DNA of 64,000 nucleotides. Origin: Patescibacteria group bacterium (GTDB lineage: Bacteria; Patescibacteriota; Dojkabacteria; GCA-002793355). This document shows positions 20,470-29,412 of the stretch, one piece after another; position 1 is the first letter of the stretch, and each line of letters begins with the position of its first letter. The DNA lies in NCBI GenBank assembly GCA_016860985.1, contig BOKM01000001.1:856040-920039 (forward strand). Direction: 5' to 3'. The notes below the pieces were generated by a model. The model had not been told where the DNA came from, searched no databases, and worked only from the letters and a program-made list of their open reading frames with translations. Position numbers and translations under genes: made by a program.

Positions 20470-21317
20470 TCTACTTCTCGCATATCCCCAAAACTGCTGG
20501 AACAACACTCAGAAGTTTCATATCGCAGTTTTTCCCAGAAGATAGAATATTTTCAGCTCAATTATGGAATGAACTGGAAAATCCAGAAATGACTGATTGG
20601 AGTAAATATGATTTTGTTTCGGGACATTTTGGCCATGCTTTGACAACGTACCTACCAGATAATACTAAAACCATAACAATGCTCAGAGACCCAATTCAAA
20701 GGACTGTCTCGCAATATAATCATGTGGTCTCTGATCGCTATTTTGAACATAAAATTGGTAAAAGAAGAATTAAAGATATTGGAAATGGGGACATGAATTT
20801 AATGTTACAAGATGCTGAATGTGCTGACTATTTTTCAAATATCCAGCTCAAGTTCATTGCCCTTTCGTGTAAACCAGTTGAACGGGGTATGGTATCTTTC
20901 GGAAACTGGGAAGAAACAATTATAAATAACTCAAAGGCTCAACTGTTAGATTTGGCATTAAATAGAGTATCCAAATACTATTTCTTGGGTATTCAGGAAT
21001 TTTTTGAACAATCATATTTGTTACTAAGTTACAAAGAAGGGTTCCATCCATATTTTGATGGAGAAAGACGAATGGTGATGGAAAAAAAATTACAGTTTAA
21101 TAGCATTAAGGATGAACTGCTTGAAAAACTTTACGAAATAAACGACCTCGATTTGAAATTATATAGTTATTCTGTGGAAATTTTCAAAAAAGATTATAAC
21201 AATATGTGCGAAAAAATATGTAGTAGTTTAGGAGTTTCTATTCCTGATTTCAGTGATACCGCAAGTATAAAAGATTTATTAGTAAAGTATCAAAAGATTA
21301 ATAAGAATATCCAATGA
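20466..21317 (+). CDS. sulfotransferase-family protein
   Basis: N-terminal IYFSHIPKTAGTTLRS matches the HIPKTGGT PAPS-binding (5'-PSB) motif of Sulfotransfer_2/3-type enzymes. Confidence 0.5.
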   Translation: MIYFSHIPKTAGTTLRSFISQFFPEDRIFSAQLWNELENPEMTDWSKYDFVSGHFGHALTTYLPDNTKTITMLRDPIQRTVSQYNHVVSDRYFEHKIGKRRIKDIGNGDMNLMLQDAECADYFSNIQLKFIALSCKPVERGMVSFGNWEETIINNSKAQLLDLALNRVSKYYFLGIQEFFEQSYLLLSYKEGFHPYFDGERRMVMEKKLQFNSIKDELLEKLYEINDLDLKLYSYSVEIFKKDYNNMCEKICSSLGVSIPDFSDTASIKDLLVKYQKINKNIQ

Positions 21318-21366
21318 CATGTGCCCTTGAACAATACCTGCTTTATACTCTATAATACGAATTAGT

Positions 21367-21438
21367 CCAGAGGTAGCTCAATGGTAGAGCAGGAGACTGT
21401 AAATCTCTTGGTTAGGGGTTCAAGTCCCTTCCTCTGGA
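21367..21438 (+). tRNA. tRNA with anticodon GUA (Tyr by anticodon), class I architecture (5-nt variable loop), C1:G72, A73, no encoded CCA
   Basis: Hand-folded: acceptor CCAGAGG/CCTCTGG, T8A9, D-arm GCTC-AATGGTA-GAGC, anticodon arm GGAGA-CTGTAAA-TCTCT (GACTGTAAATC as in E. coli tRNA-Tyr), variable TGGTT, T-arm AGGGG-TTCAAGT-CCCTT, discriminator A, followed by T8 run. Confidence 0.75.
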
Positions 21439-21451
21439 TTTTTTTTATGCC

Positions 21452-22399
21452 CTACTCTCCCTTCCCTAAATTGCAGTCAAATGAGAGTGTCGCCTCAGTA
21501 ACGTTTGGAGGTGCCGTAAATTTGAACTTTGGTGGTATTTTGTCTGTATAGGCAATAGTTTGTCCTTTTGAGTCTCGAGCACGCACAGAAAATTTAACTT
21601 GCAGCCCTGTTAAATTTTTGATGTTTGTCGTCCTCGAGTTTAGGCTAAATGTCAGTAATGAGGATTTTTCCATCTCGCTCTTTAGTATTGTGGTACTTAC
21701 ACAGGGTTCAATTTGGCTCCCCGCAGCAGCGTGATAAGCACAACTCCGAACCAAATAATCGGTAATTCGTTCATCGCACGTTGCTGAAGTAATTGCACTG
21801 TTACCTGTAGGTTTGGTGACCGTTACTTTTAGGTTGACTCTATGCTTTGAAGATGCGGGATATGGTGTGGGTGTTGGCGTTGGCTTAACACCAAGGTTAC
21901 AGAAATAATTCAATACAAACGTTGCGGTCCCGTTTGCTGCTACGAACGGTCCCTGGATGTTCTGTTTTTTCGCAATCATTCTTCCGTTTAGATCGTAAGC
22001 TTGAATCGTATAATAGGCACGGTAATAAGAATCTCCAACATTATTCGCTATTTCGTCTCTGTCCCGATTGTCAACTCTGAAGTCTAGTACCATTGGTTCA
22101 AACTCATTGGTCCCTAATTGTATGGTTTTTGATGTAGAACCGATGATTCGTTTCCCAACTTCTTTATACACGTACGCAGTTACTTTATATTCCTTAACAG
22201 TGCCACATATTTCGGGTACTGAATTATCGATAATAAATGTTGTAGGAAGCGTAAATTTTGTAGTTGCTCTCCCAAATGCAGCATTCGGGTCAACATTAAA
22301 AAGTTGTGTGGTAACAAAATAACCAAGTACAAATACTGAAAGTAGCGCTGCTAGTGATACTACGATTTTCTTTACTGGGGAGGTGTTTTGTTTTTTCAT
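21452..22399 (-). CDS. secreted hypothetical protein (two domains joined by PTPTPTP linker)
   Basis: 315 aa; N-terminal TM/signal (IVVSLAALLSVFVLGYFV); no family recognised. Confidence 0.4.
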   Translation of the reverse strand: MKKQNTSPVKKIVVSLAALLSVFVLGYFVTTQLFNVDPNAAFGRATTKFTLPTTFIIDNSVPEICGTVKEYKVTAYVYKEVGKRIIGSTSKTIQLGTNEFEPMVLDFRVDNRDRDEIANNVGDSYYRAYYTIQAYDLNGRMIAKKQNIQGPFVAANGTATFVLNYFCNLGVKPTPTPTPYPASSKHRVNLKVTVTKPTGNSAITSATCDERITDYLVRSCAYHAAAGSQIEPCVSTTILKSEMEKSSLLTFSLNSRTTNIKNLTGLQVKFSVRARDSKGQTIAYTDKIPPKFKFTAPPNVTEATLSFDCNLGKGE

Positions 22400-22437
22400 A
22401 CATCACTATATGACAAAGGAATTATGAATACAATAAT

Positions 22438-24258
22438 TTATTGCTTATTGAGTGAAGAAATAGCGCGAAGAGCGATATCCTTCGAAGTCGCGAAATCCAA
22501 AGGACCTATTAATTCTTCTGGGCAGGCTTCTCGTACCACATCTGGTATATCTTTATATTCTCGATATATTCTATTTTTTGGTAGGACAATTCCTAGTGCG
22601 CGCATGTCAATTTCATCTTGTGCATTTACCGCATCCAATCGGAAGAGCGTTAATTCCCTTCCATCTTTTGCAAACGCGCGGAACAGTACTCCTCTAAAAC
22701 TACTAGTTTCAATCTGTACCGAAATTAGTCGTAGGTTAGTTTCTAATCGCTCATCTTCTGCGTATTCAATAGCTCGAATAGTTTCTGATGGAGAAAGAAA
22801 GCCTTTCTTTTCACAGCGGACAAATATCGATCGCGTTTTATATTCTTCAGTTGTTCTTGCTCGTTGCGAAGCGGCTCCAACAGTTATAGTATTACTTCCC
22901 CAATCCTTGTGAACAGTAAACCCTGAGCGAAATTTTTCTACGATTGCCCATGTGGTACCACCATTCGTGTCGCCAATTCCATATGAAAGGAGCCGCCCCC
23001 ACGTAAGCTTTTCTGAAGTCCTTCCCCTAATATCATCTGATAAATATATCGAATAGATACTTCGGTGATGCAGTAAATCAAGTGTAGAAAGAAGTAGGTG
23101 TGCACTTTCAGTAAAATCAACTCTTCCGCTTTCTTGGGGAGATAATCCGTTCGCATTTTCCATTGCGACTCTTACTGATGCAACATCTGGTGTCTGTTCA
23201 ATTTTTACTCCGCGTTGCGCGAGTAACGCTAATCCTTGTGAAATGGCGGGATCTTCTTGTTCTACAAAGGCGGGAATGGGAAGGTCCTTTTTTATAAATT
23301 CTATAAGGTGTTTGGCACCTTCCACCGGCGATTCTCTGTATCTTCGTAGGTAAACAAATACATCCGATTCAAAGCCTTGAGCTATCGTACCTGGTGAAGC
23401 GACCATGGTAGGATTCCTATCTGGTGCGATTTGTGGTCCAACGGGACTTGCCCACAAGTTCGGGAGCATTTGTCGTAGTCTTTTTGTTGGTGATGATGCG
23501 GTCGCAGGCATATCTGGGGCTTCGGGCGAAGTAATCGGTGCCCGTGGTTGTTGATACCCGTGAATGTCGGGGTGCAGCATGCCATTGGAAGATGTGTCCA
23601 TCCACGCGTAACGCACCGCTTTTTGATCTTGTTGGTTTTGAGCGTAGATTATTGTGTCATAAGCCAATCGGGTGTCAGCAGGTGCTGATTTATCTTTTGC
23701 TCTGGGGGCTGTCTTGGCCTTTATAAAAATTGTGGGAACATCAGTACCCTCTTTGGGTGGAGTCCTTTGGATAAGTAGCCCAACTTTTTGAATGGAATAA
23801 TCGGGGTACCACTCTCCCACCTTCAAATCTGGATAAAAATCTGTTGGTGAGTCATCTCTTTTTTGCTTCAGTTGATAGGGTTTTATAACGATGGTAACAG
23901 AAAAATGCCCATAATCTACTGTGCTGCATCGGGCACGGTACTCCGTAAGCGGTGTGCGATGCGCAGGAGAAATCATAGTCGATTCTGGATATTCGTCTCT
24001 GTCCATATCGTAAATCCTTTTATTCTCTGCCTTTGGGTTAAAAACTTTCCATTTTGAGGTCGGAATAAGAGTATCGTCCTGTCCCAATGTTTCTGTAGTT
24101 GCTTCGAGTCCAAAATCGGCTGGCGGAAATCCAAATTCTTCGAGCACTCTACGTGCTTTATCGGTCACTTGCACCAGTGCAACCGTTTCTGCTTGTTCGT
24201 TGCGAACCACTTTCTTTTCTACTGGTTCAGGTCTAGCCGATGTTTTCCACAACTGCAT
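22438..24258 (-). CDS. large hypothetical protein (606 aa), compositionally atypical (GC-richer)
   Basis: Long uninterrupted ORF; no recognisable catalytic motif; local GC ~50% versus ~30-45% elsewhere. Confidence 0.45.
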   Translation of the reverse strand: MQLWKTSARPEPVEKKVVRNEQAETVALVQVTDKARRVLEEFGFPPADFGLEATTETLGQDDTLIPTSKWKVFNPKAENKRIYDMDRDEYPESTMISPAHRTPLTEYRARCSTVDYGHFSVTIVIKPYQLKQKRDDSPTDFYPDLKVGEWYPDYSIQKVGLLIQRTPPKEGTDVPTIFIKAKTAPRAKDKSAPADTRLAYDTIIYAQNQQDQKAVRYAWMDTSSNGMLHPDIHGYQQPRAPITSPEAPDMPATASSPTKRLRQMLPNLWASPVGPQIAPDRNPTMVASPGTIAQGFESDVFVYLRRYRESPVEGAKHLIEFIKKDLPIPAFVEQEDPAISQGLALLAQRGVKIEQTPDVASVRVAMENANGLSPQESGRVDFTESAHLLLSTLDLLHHRSIYSIYLSDDIRGRTSEKLTWGRLLSYGIGDTNGGTTWAIVEKFRSGFTVHKDWGSNTITVGAASQRARTTEEYKTRSIFVRCEKKGFLSPSETIRAIEYAEDERLETNLRLISVQIETSSFRGVLFRAFAKDGRELTLFRLDAVNAQDEIDMRALGIVLPKNRIYREYKDIPDVVREACPEELIGPLDFATSKDIALRAISSLNKQ

Positions 24259-24273
24259 GTTTTTTAGGAAAGG

Positions 24274-25533
24274 TTAGTTCTGTTGCAACTCTCGTTCAAT
24301 CTCCATCAATCTGTTGTATTTACTGACACGTTCGCCTCGAGTTGGACCCACTTTAACATAAGCACTGCCAACTGCAACCGCAAGGTCGGAAATGAAGTGA
24401 TCATTTGTTTCTCCACCTCCTCGATGTGAGGTAATGGTTATTAGGCCATGCTCATTTGCTATTTTGCAACATGCAACTGTTTCTGAAAGTGTGCCAATTT
24501 GGTTTGGTTTGATAATGATTCCTGTAATGGCGTCGAGTTCAATTGCCTTTCTGAGTCTCGAAATATTGGTAACAGTTAGGTCATCTCCGATATGCTTAAT
24601 CCCCTTCTCCTTCAAAAGCTTATTCAAGGCAACCCAGTTATCCCAGTCATCTTCTGCTAGCAAGTCTTCTAATGACACAAATGGATATTTGTCTAAAAGT
24701 TCTGAGTAGTAGTTGATTAACTCTTCACCAGTAAACTGTCGGCCTTCTAGTTTAAGCTCATAGTTCCCATTAAAGAATTCACTCGCAGCGGCATCTACTG
24801 AAATTCCAAGTTCTTTTCCAGGAGTAAAACCGGCTTTTGTGATTGCCTGCACAATGTATTCAAACGGTGCTTCGTTGGTTGGTATGCCGTTTGGTGCAAA
24901 TGCTCCTTCGTTGCCAACGTTTGTGGAAAGCTTGCTCGCTTTTAGAATTTTTTTAAGTTGATGGTAGGTTTCAAGTGCTTTCCGTATGTTTTCGGTGACA
25001 CTCCCCCCTTCTTTCGCGGTAATACAAAATTCTTGAAAATCGGTTGTTTCGTCTGCATGCTTTCCTCCTTCTATCACTACAACCATTGGCTGAGGTAGTT
25101 TGGTTAAATCAGTAATTAGCCCGTAGGTCTGCATAATGTACTTATAAAGAGGCATTCTGTTTGCGTTTGCTACTGCTCTTGCAACTGCAAGTGATACTGC
25201 GAGTATTGCATTCCCGCCCAATCGTGCTTTATTGACTGTACCATCTAGCCGAATCATCGCTGTGTCAATTTCTACCTGATTCTCGGCTGGAATATTTGTA
25301 ATTGTGGGGAGAATCTCGTTGAGAATATTTGAAATTACTGTTAAGTTTCCTTGTCCATTCCAACGTGACATATCTCCGTCTGTGAGAACGGTAGCTTCAT
25401 GGGTACCAGCAGAAGCCCCGTAAGGAACCGATGCAACACCAACAGAACCAGTATCTAGTGTCACTTTTACCTCAACTGTTGGATACCCGCCAGAAGCAAG
25501 AATTTCGTAAGCAATTAGTTTTGCAATTTTCAT
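24274..25533 (-). CDS. eno: enolase (phosphopyruvate hydratase)
   Basis: MKIAKLIAYEILASGGYPTVEVKVTLDTGSVGVASVPYGASAGTHEA... and C-terminal SHRGGETND motif; ORF-track 5' extension to 25677 rejected in favour of the conserved MKIAKL start (ATG at 25531-25533 complement). Confidence 0.9.
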   Translation of the reverse strand: MKIAKLIAYEILASGGYPTVEVKVTLDTGSVGVASVPYGASAGTHEATVLTDGDMSRWNGQGNLTVISNILNEILPTITNIPAENQVEIDTAMIRLDGTVNKARLGGNAILAVSLAVARAVANANRMPLYKYIMQTYGLITDLTKLPQPMVVVIEGGKHADETTDFQEFCITAKEGGSVTENIRKALETYHQLKKILKASKLSTNVGNEGAFAPNGIPTNEAPFEYIVQAITKAGFTPGKELGISVDAAASEFFNGNYELKLEGRQFTGEELINYYSELLDKYPFVSLEDLLAEDDWDNWVALNKLLKEKGIKHIGDDLTVTNISRLRKAIELDAITGIIIKPNQIGTLSETVACCKIANEHGLITITSHRGGGETNDHFISDLAVAVGSAYVKVGPTRGERVSKYNRLMEIERELQQN

Positions 25534-25622
25534 GTGAAGCAGCGTGATATTACTACTACAGTGTAACAAATTGTTGGCAACACAACAAATCAGGAGATGC
25601 ACATTCTCAATGAAGCAGTTAT

Positions 25623-28592
25623 TTGCTATACTGCCTCGTGGATACTGCCTTGTTATCTTTAGGAGTTGGTTTTGCAAATTTGTGTATTGGTGTCATTGTC
25701 CTTATTAGAGGAAATGGTGTGAAACTTGCCCGAGACTTCTTCGTACTTTCTTTTTTGTGTGGTTTATGGGCAGCATTTGATTACCTCTCTGCCTCATCGA
25801 ACTCCGCATATTTCGCTTGGTACTACGGAGGTTTTAGAACTGTTATGTCCTATGTTGCAGTCGTCTACTTATTAAAATTTGTGTTTCAGTATGTTGGCAA
25901 ATATTCTTCCATAGCAAAAGGTGTAGTTGGGCTTTTGCTTTTTATTTCTCTGGGGCTCTCCTATATCCGCTTTTTTACTCCATTACTAGTTCTTGAAATG
26001 ATTTATCGTAATGGGGAGTTTAGGATAATGCCGGGGCCACTTTATTTCGGTCCAGTTTCGGTAATGTTTGCACTCGCAATTATTTCTGGCTACTTCTTGT
26101 GGAGATACTACAAGGGACTTCAAACACATGAATCAAAAACAAAGGTTGGAATTATGTTGTTTGGCTCTTTTACCTCTATTATTATTGCGATAATCGCGTA
26201 TGGAGTATTACCATTATTTGGGATTGGTGGTACCAGCATTGGTGTCGGAGCAATGGGATTATTTCCCCTGTTTGTTGGATTATCAATACTTAGGTACGAC
26301 CTAGATACAAACCTATCGTTTACTGCCGGAAGTCTACGTTCAAAAATATTTTCTGCTGCAATGGCAGCAACTTTCTTTGTAATTATTCCTTCACTTATAC
26401 TTTTGAATGTAATTTTTGTACGAGATATTACTGTTCGAGGCAGTTTTCAGCTGAACGAAGATGTCATCGAAAAACGCGCTGTCATCAGTAATTATCTCAG
26501 TGACATTACGGCACGAGCACAAACTTTAGCGCAATCAGAAACGGATGAAATGACTAGTGAGCGTTTGCAGCATGAAATAGAAGAAAGTAAAGGTACCACG
26601 AGCGAGATCCTTACACTGTCTATTATAGATTCTTCCGGAAGTTCAATCGTTTCCGCCTATCCGCACAGCAGGGAATTAGAATCGTGGGTCGGTGACTTAT
26701 CATTAAAATCCGCTCAGTTACTTGGGGCTTACAATAGTGGAACTTCGATGATGCCTGTGGTTGCTGCTCCAATTCCATCTGGCGTTTATGCGGGGTACTA
26801 TTTTTTGGTTGGATTTGCGCCAACTGATTTCTATAGCGCAACTACGGAAGAGGCAATGTCATTGTTTAACACCTCTAAAGCGTACGTACTGGATAAACAG
26901 GGAGTACTAGTGACTCCTTATGGGAGTTATACGTCATTTATTGGCAGTAGTCAGAATGCTCCTACCAGGCATGTATCGTGCGAAGAACCTCTTAGCTCCG
27001 GGAGTTTCACTTTTTCGAAATATTTAGATGTAAGAGGTATTCCTGTAGTTGGGACCGGCGTACCGATTGCAAACAACGGTTGGTGTCTTATGGTTGAAGT
27101 AGATAAAGAAGAGATTGAAGCTACAAGTAGAACGATGATTGTCTCCACAATGGCGATTGGAATGTTAAGTGTTATTTTTGTAACTCTTGTAGCCGAATTA
27201 CTTGGAGCACTAATATCAAAACCAATCGGGCAGGTTAAAGAAGGTGTTGCAAGAATTATGTCAGGAGATTTTTCTACTCCTGTTGCTGTTGACACGCAAG
27301 ACGAGATTGGGGAACTTTCGCGTGCTTTTGACGAAATGACTGTAGAACTAAAAGATGCGCAAGAGAATATCACCGCAAAAGTTAGGTCGCAAACGCAAGA
27401 TCTTGAAGCGCAGCGAAGTGATTTGCTTAAACAGCAAAAGCAGATGATTTCTCTCCTCTCTGAATTAGAAGATGAAAAAGAAAGAACGGACATATTAGCG
27501 CGTGACCTAGAGAAATTTAAACAAGCTGCTGATGCTGCAAACGATCATATTGTAATCACTGACACAGAAGGTCGTATCATTTACGCAAATAAATCGGTTA
27601 AACGAATCACTGGTTTTGATCCAGAAGAAATACTTGGGCAAAAAGCAGGAAGTCGAGAGAACTGGGGCGGTCAAATGCCTTTAGCGTTTTACAAAAAGCT
27701 TTGGAAGACGATCAAAGTTGATAAGAAGCCGTTTAAGGGAGAAGTTACAAATAAGAAGAAAAATGGAATGTTGTATACTGTAGTTGCTTCAATTTCTCCT
27801 GTTAAGGACAATAAAGGTAACGTACTGTTCTTTATCGGTTTAGAACGAGATATTTCTAAAGAGAAGGAGATTGACAGAGCAAAGAGCGAGTTTGTTTCAT
27901 TGGCTTCTCATCAATTAAGAACGCCACTTTCGGCAATTAATTGGTATGCAGAGATGCTTATCGACGGAGATGCTGGAAAATTAAACAAAGAACAACAACA
28001 GTACGTCAAAGAAATTTATGATGGAAACCGTAGAATGGTCGATTTGGTAACGGCGCTTCTGAATGTTTCTCGGCTTGAACTTGGAACCTTTATGGTAGAG
28101 CCAACACTACAATCATTGCAAGATCTAGCCACTCAAGCGCTTAAAGAAATGGAACCAATGCGAAAGGCAAAGCAGATTAAGATTCACCAGCAATTTGATA
28201 AATGCGAGCCGCTCATGGTGGACAAAAAGCTTATGTATATAATCTTCCAGAATCTGATTTCGAATGCACTGAAATATACTCCTCAAAAAGGTGAAGTCAC
28301 AGTCTCGATACAAAAGAAATCAAAGTATATCAACATTAAAGTAGCTGATAATGGTATGGGAATTCCCAAAGAAGAGCTGCCAAAATTGTTCGAAAAGTTG
28401 TATCGAGCAAGTAACGCAAAAGAAAGTGCAACAGAAGGAACAGGACTTGGTTTGTACATTGTAAAAGCCATACTTGACGCAACCGAAGGGAAAATCGAAG
28501 TCGATTCTACCATTGGTAAAGGTTCTGTGTTTACAGTTAAAATTCCCTTGTCAGGAATGAAGCCAAAACTTGGTTCAAAGAAGCTAACTTAA
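25623..28592 (+). CDS. multidomain sensor histidine kinase (N-terminal 7-TM module, extracytoplasmic sensor, HAMP, coiled coil, PAS, HisKA, HATPase_c)
   Basis: 989 aa; PAS (DHIVITDTEGRIIYANKSVKRITGF), H-box SHQLRTPLSAI, G-boxes DNGMGIP / GTGLGL. Confidence 0.8.
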   Translation: MLYCLVDTALLSLGVGFANLCIGVIVLIRGNGVKLARDFFVLSFLCGLWAAFDYLSASSNSAYFAWYYGGFRTVMSYVAVVYLLKFVFQYVGKYSSIAKGVVGLLLFISLGLSYIRFFTPLLVLEMIYRNGEFRIMPGPLYFGPVSVMFALAIISGYFLWRYYKGLQTHESKTKVGIMLFGSFTSIIIAIIAYGVLPLFGIGGTSIGVGAMGLFPLFVGLSILRYDLDTNLSFTAGSLRSKIFSAAMAATFFVIIPSLILLNVIFVRDITVRGSFQLNEDVIEKRAVISNYLSDITARAQTLAQSETDEMTSERLQHEIEESKGTTSEILTLSIIDSSGSSIVSAYPHSRELESWVGDLSLKSAQLLGAYNSGTSMMPVVAAPIPSGVYAGYYFLVGFAPTDFYSATTEEAMSLFNTSKAYVLDKQGVLVTPYGSYTSFIGSSQNAPTRHVSCEEPLSSGSFTFSKYLDVRGIPVVGTGVPIANNGWCLMVEVDKEEIEATSRTMIVSTMAIGMLSVIFVTLVAELLGALISKPIGQVKEGVARIMSGDFSTPVAVDTQDEIGELSRAFDEMTVELKDAQENITAKVRSQTQDLEAQRSDLLKQQKQMISLLSELEDEKERTDILARDLEKFKQAADAANDHIVITDTEGRIIYANKSVKRITGFDPEEILGQKAGSRENWGGQMPLAFYKKLWKTIKVDKKPFKGEVTNKKKNGMLYTVVASISPVKDNKGNVLFFIGLERDISKEKEIDRAKSEFVSLASHQLRTPLSAINWYAEMLIDGDAGKLNKEQQQYVKEIYDGNRRMVDLVTALLNVSRLELGTFMVEPTLQSLQDLATQALKEMEPMRKAKQIKIHQQFDKCEPLMVDKKLMYIIFQNLISNALKYTPQKGEVTVSIQKKSKYINIKVADNGMGIPKEELPKLFEKLYRASNAKESATEGTGLGLYIVKAILDATEGKIEVDSTIGKGSVFTVKIPLSGMKPKLGSKKLT

Positions 28593-28603
28593 TAATTTTG
28601 TAA

Positions 28604-28984
28604 GTGAAAATCGTTCTAGTGGTCGAAGACTACACCCCTCTCTTTCGTGCGGTCAATGAAAAGTTTTTACGTTTCGGAATAACTGCGGTGCAAGTTGTCA
28701 GTTATGACGAAGCTACAAAATATCTGGTTGAACACGCAGAGAATATCGGTTTAGTTTGGTTAGATCACTACCTTATCGGAGAAAAAACAGGACTGGATGT
28801 ACTCGCATTCATGAAGGACAAGAATAATATGAAGGATATACCCGTTCTGGCAGTATCAAACGAGTCGAATCATAATCGAATGAAGCAGTACAAAGCGCTT
28901 GGTGCAAAAGAGTACTACATTAAAGTAGGAAACCGACTTGCAGAAATTGCAGAAGAAGCAAAAAAACTCTTATCTGTTGAGTAG
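28604..28984 (+). CDS. single-domain response-regulator receiver (CheY-like)
   Basis: 126 aa; KIVLVVED...VWLDHYL (phospho-acceptor Asp)...VLAVSNES...K; no output domain. Confidence 0.55.
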   Translation: MKIVLVVEDYTPLFRAVNEKFLRFGITAVQVVSYDEATKYLVEHAENIGLVWLDHYLIGEKTGLDVLAFMKDKNNMKDIPVLAVSNESNHNRMKQYKALGAKEYYIKVGNRLAEIAEEAKKLLSVE

Positions 28985-29019
28985 TGTTGCTACAACCTCC
29001 GTTAGTGAAGTAATTGAAA

Positions 29020-29412
29020 CTACTGTTCTTTCCAACTCTCAATTATTATTGAGGTCGCTACACTATCAACTACAACTTGAATCCTCTTAGTACTTTCTCC
29101 ATTTGTTGCAGATACAGGAATAGTGTAGCTGCCAAGAGAACTAGTGATTGTTCCAATCGAACAATCCTGAGTACCTGAGAGGGTAATGCTCTCGTTGCCT
29201 GTGTAAGAGGTACTGATTCTCAGTTTTTCAAGCGCGATTTCTGCGCACGACTCTGCTGCGTAAGCAGCCTTTTCTCCCTCTCTTAACACCTTCGCAGAAA
29301 TCGCATTATCAGTAGACTGAAAAAGCATAAGGCTTGCGATAATTGCAGATACTGAACCCAAAATGAGTACGGTCGTGATTGCGGTAGAGGCCTTTGTGCG
29401 TAATTTGCTCAT
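29020..29412 (-). CDS. small N-terminally membrane-anchored protein, last gene of pilus operon 1
   Basis: 130 aa; hydrophobic N-terminus, start overlaps upstream gene stop (ATGA). Confidence 0.35.
   Translation of the reverse strand: MSKLRTKASTAITTVLILGSVSAIIASLMLFQSTDNAISAKVLREGEKAAYAAESCAEIALEKLRISTSYTGNESITLSGTQDCSIGTITSSLGSYTIPVSATNGESTKRIQVVVDSVATSIIIESWKEQ

Noticed and set aside
22438-24258. Phospholipase-D-like HKD motif in the 606-aa orphan protein (…VHKDWGSNTI…)
   Set aside because: The PLD signature is HxKxxxxD(x6)GSxN. Here H and K are adjacent and the spacing does not fit, and there is no second copy.
25534-25677. 48-codon N-terminal extension of the enolase ORF
   Set aside because: The conserved enolase N-terminus begins at MKIAKLIAYEIL. 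The extension is hydrophobic/Cys-rich with no counterpart in enolases, and it would overlap the divergent promoter region of the kinase gene.
26951-27493. 180-aa minus-strand ORF inside the histidine kinase gene
   Set aside because: It is antisense to a strongly motif-supported CDS and is Ser/Cys-rich low complexity.
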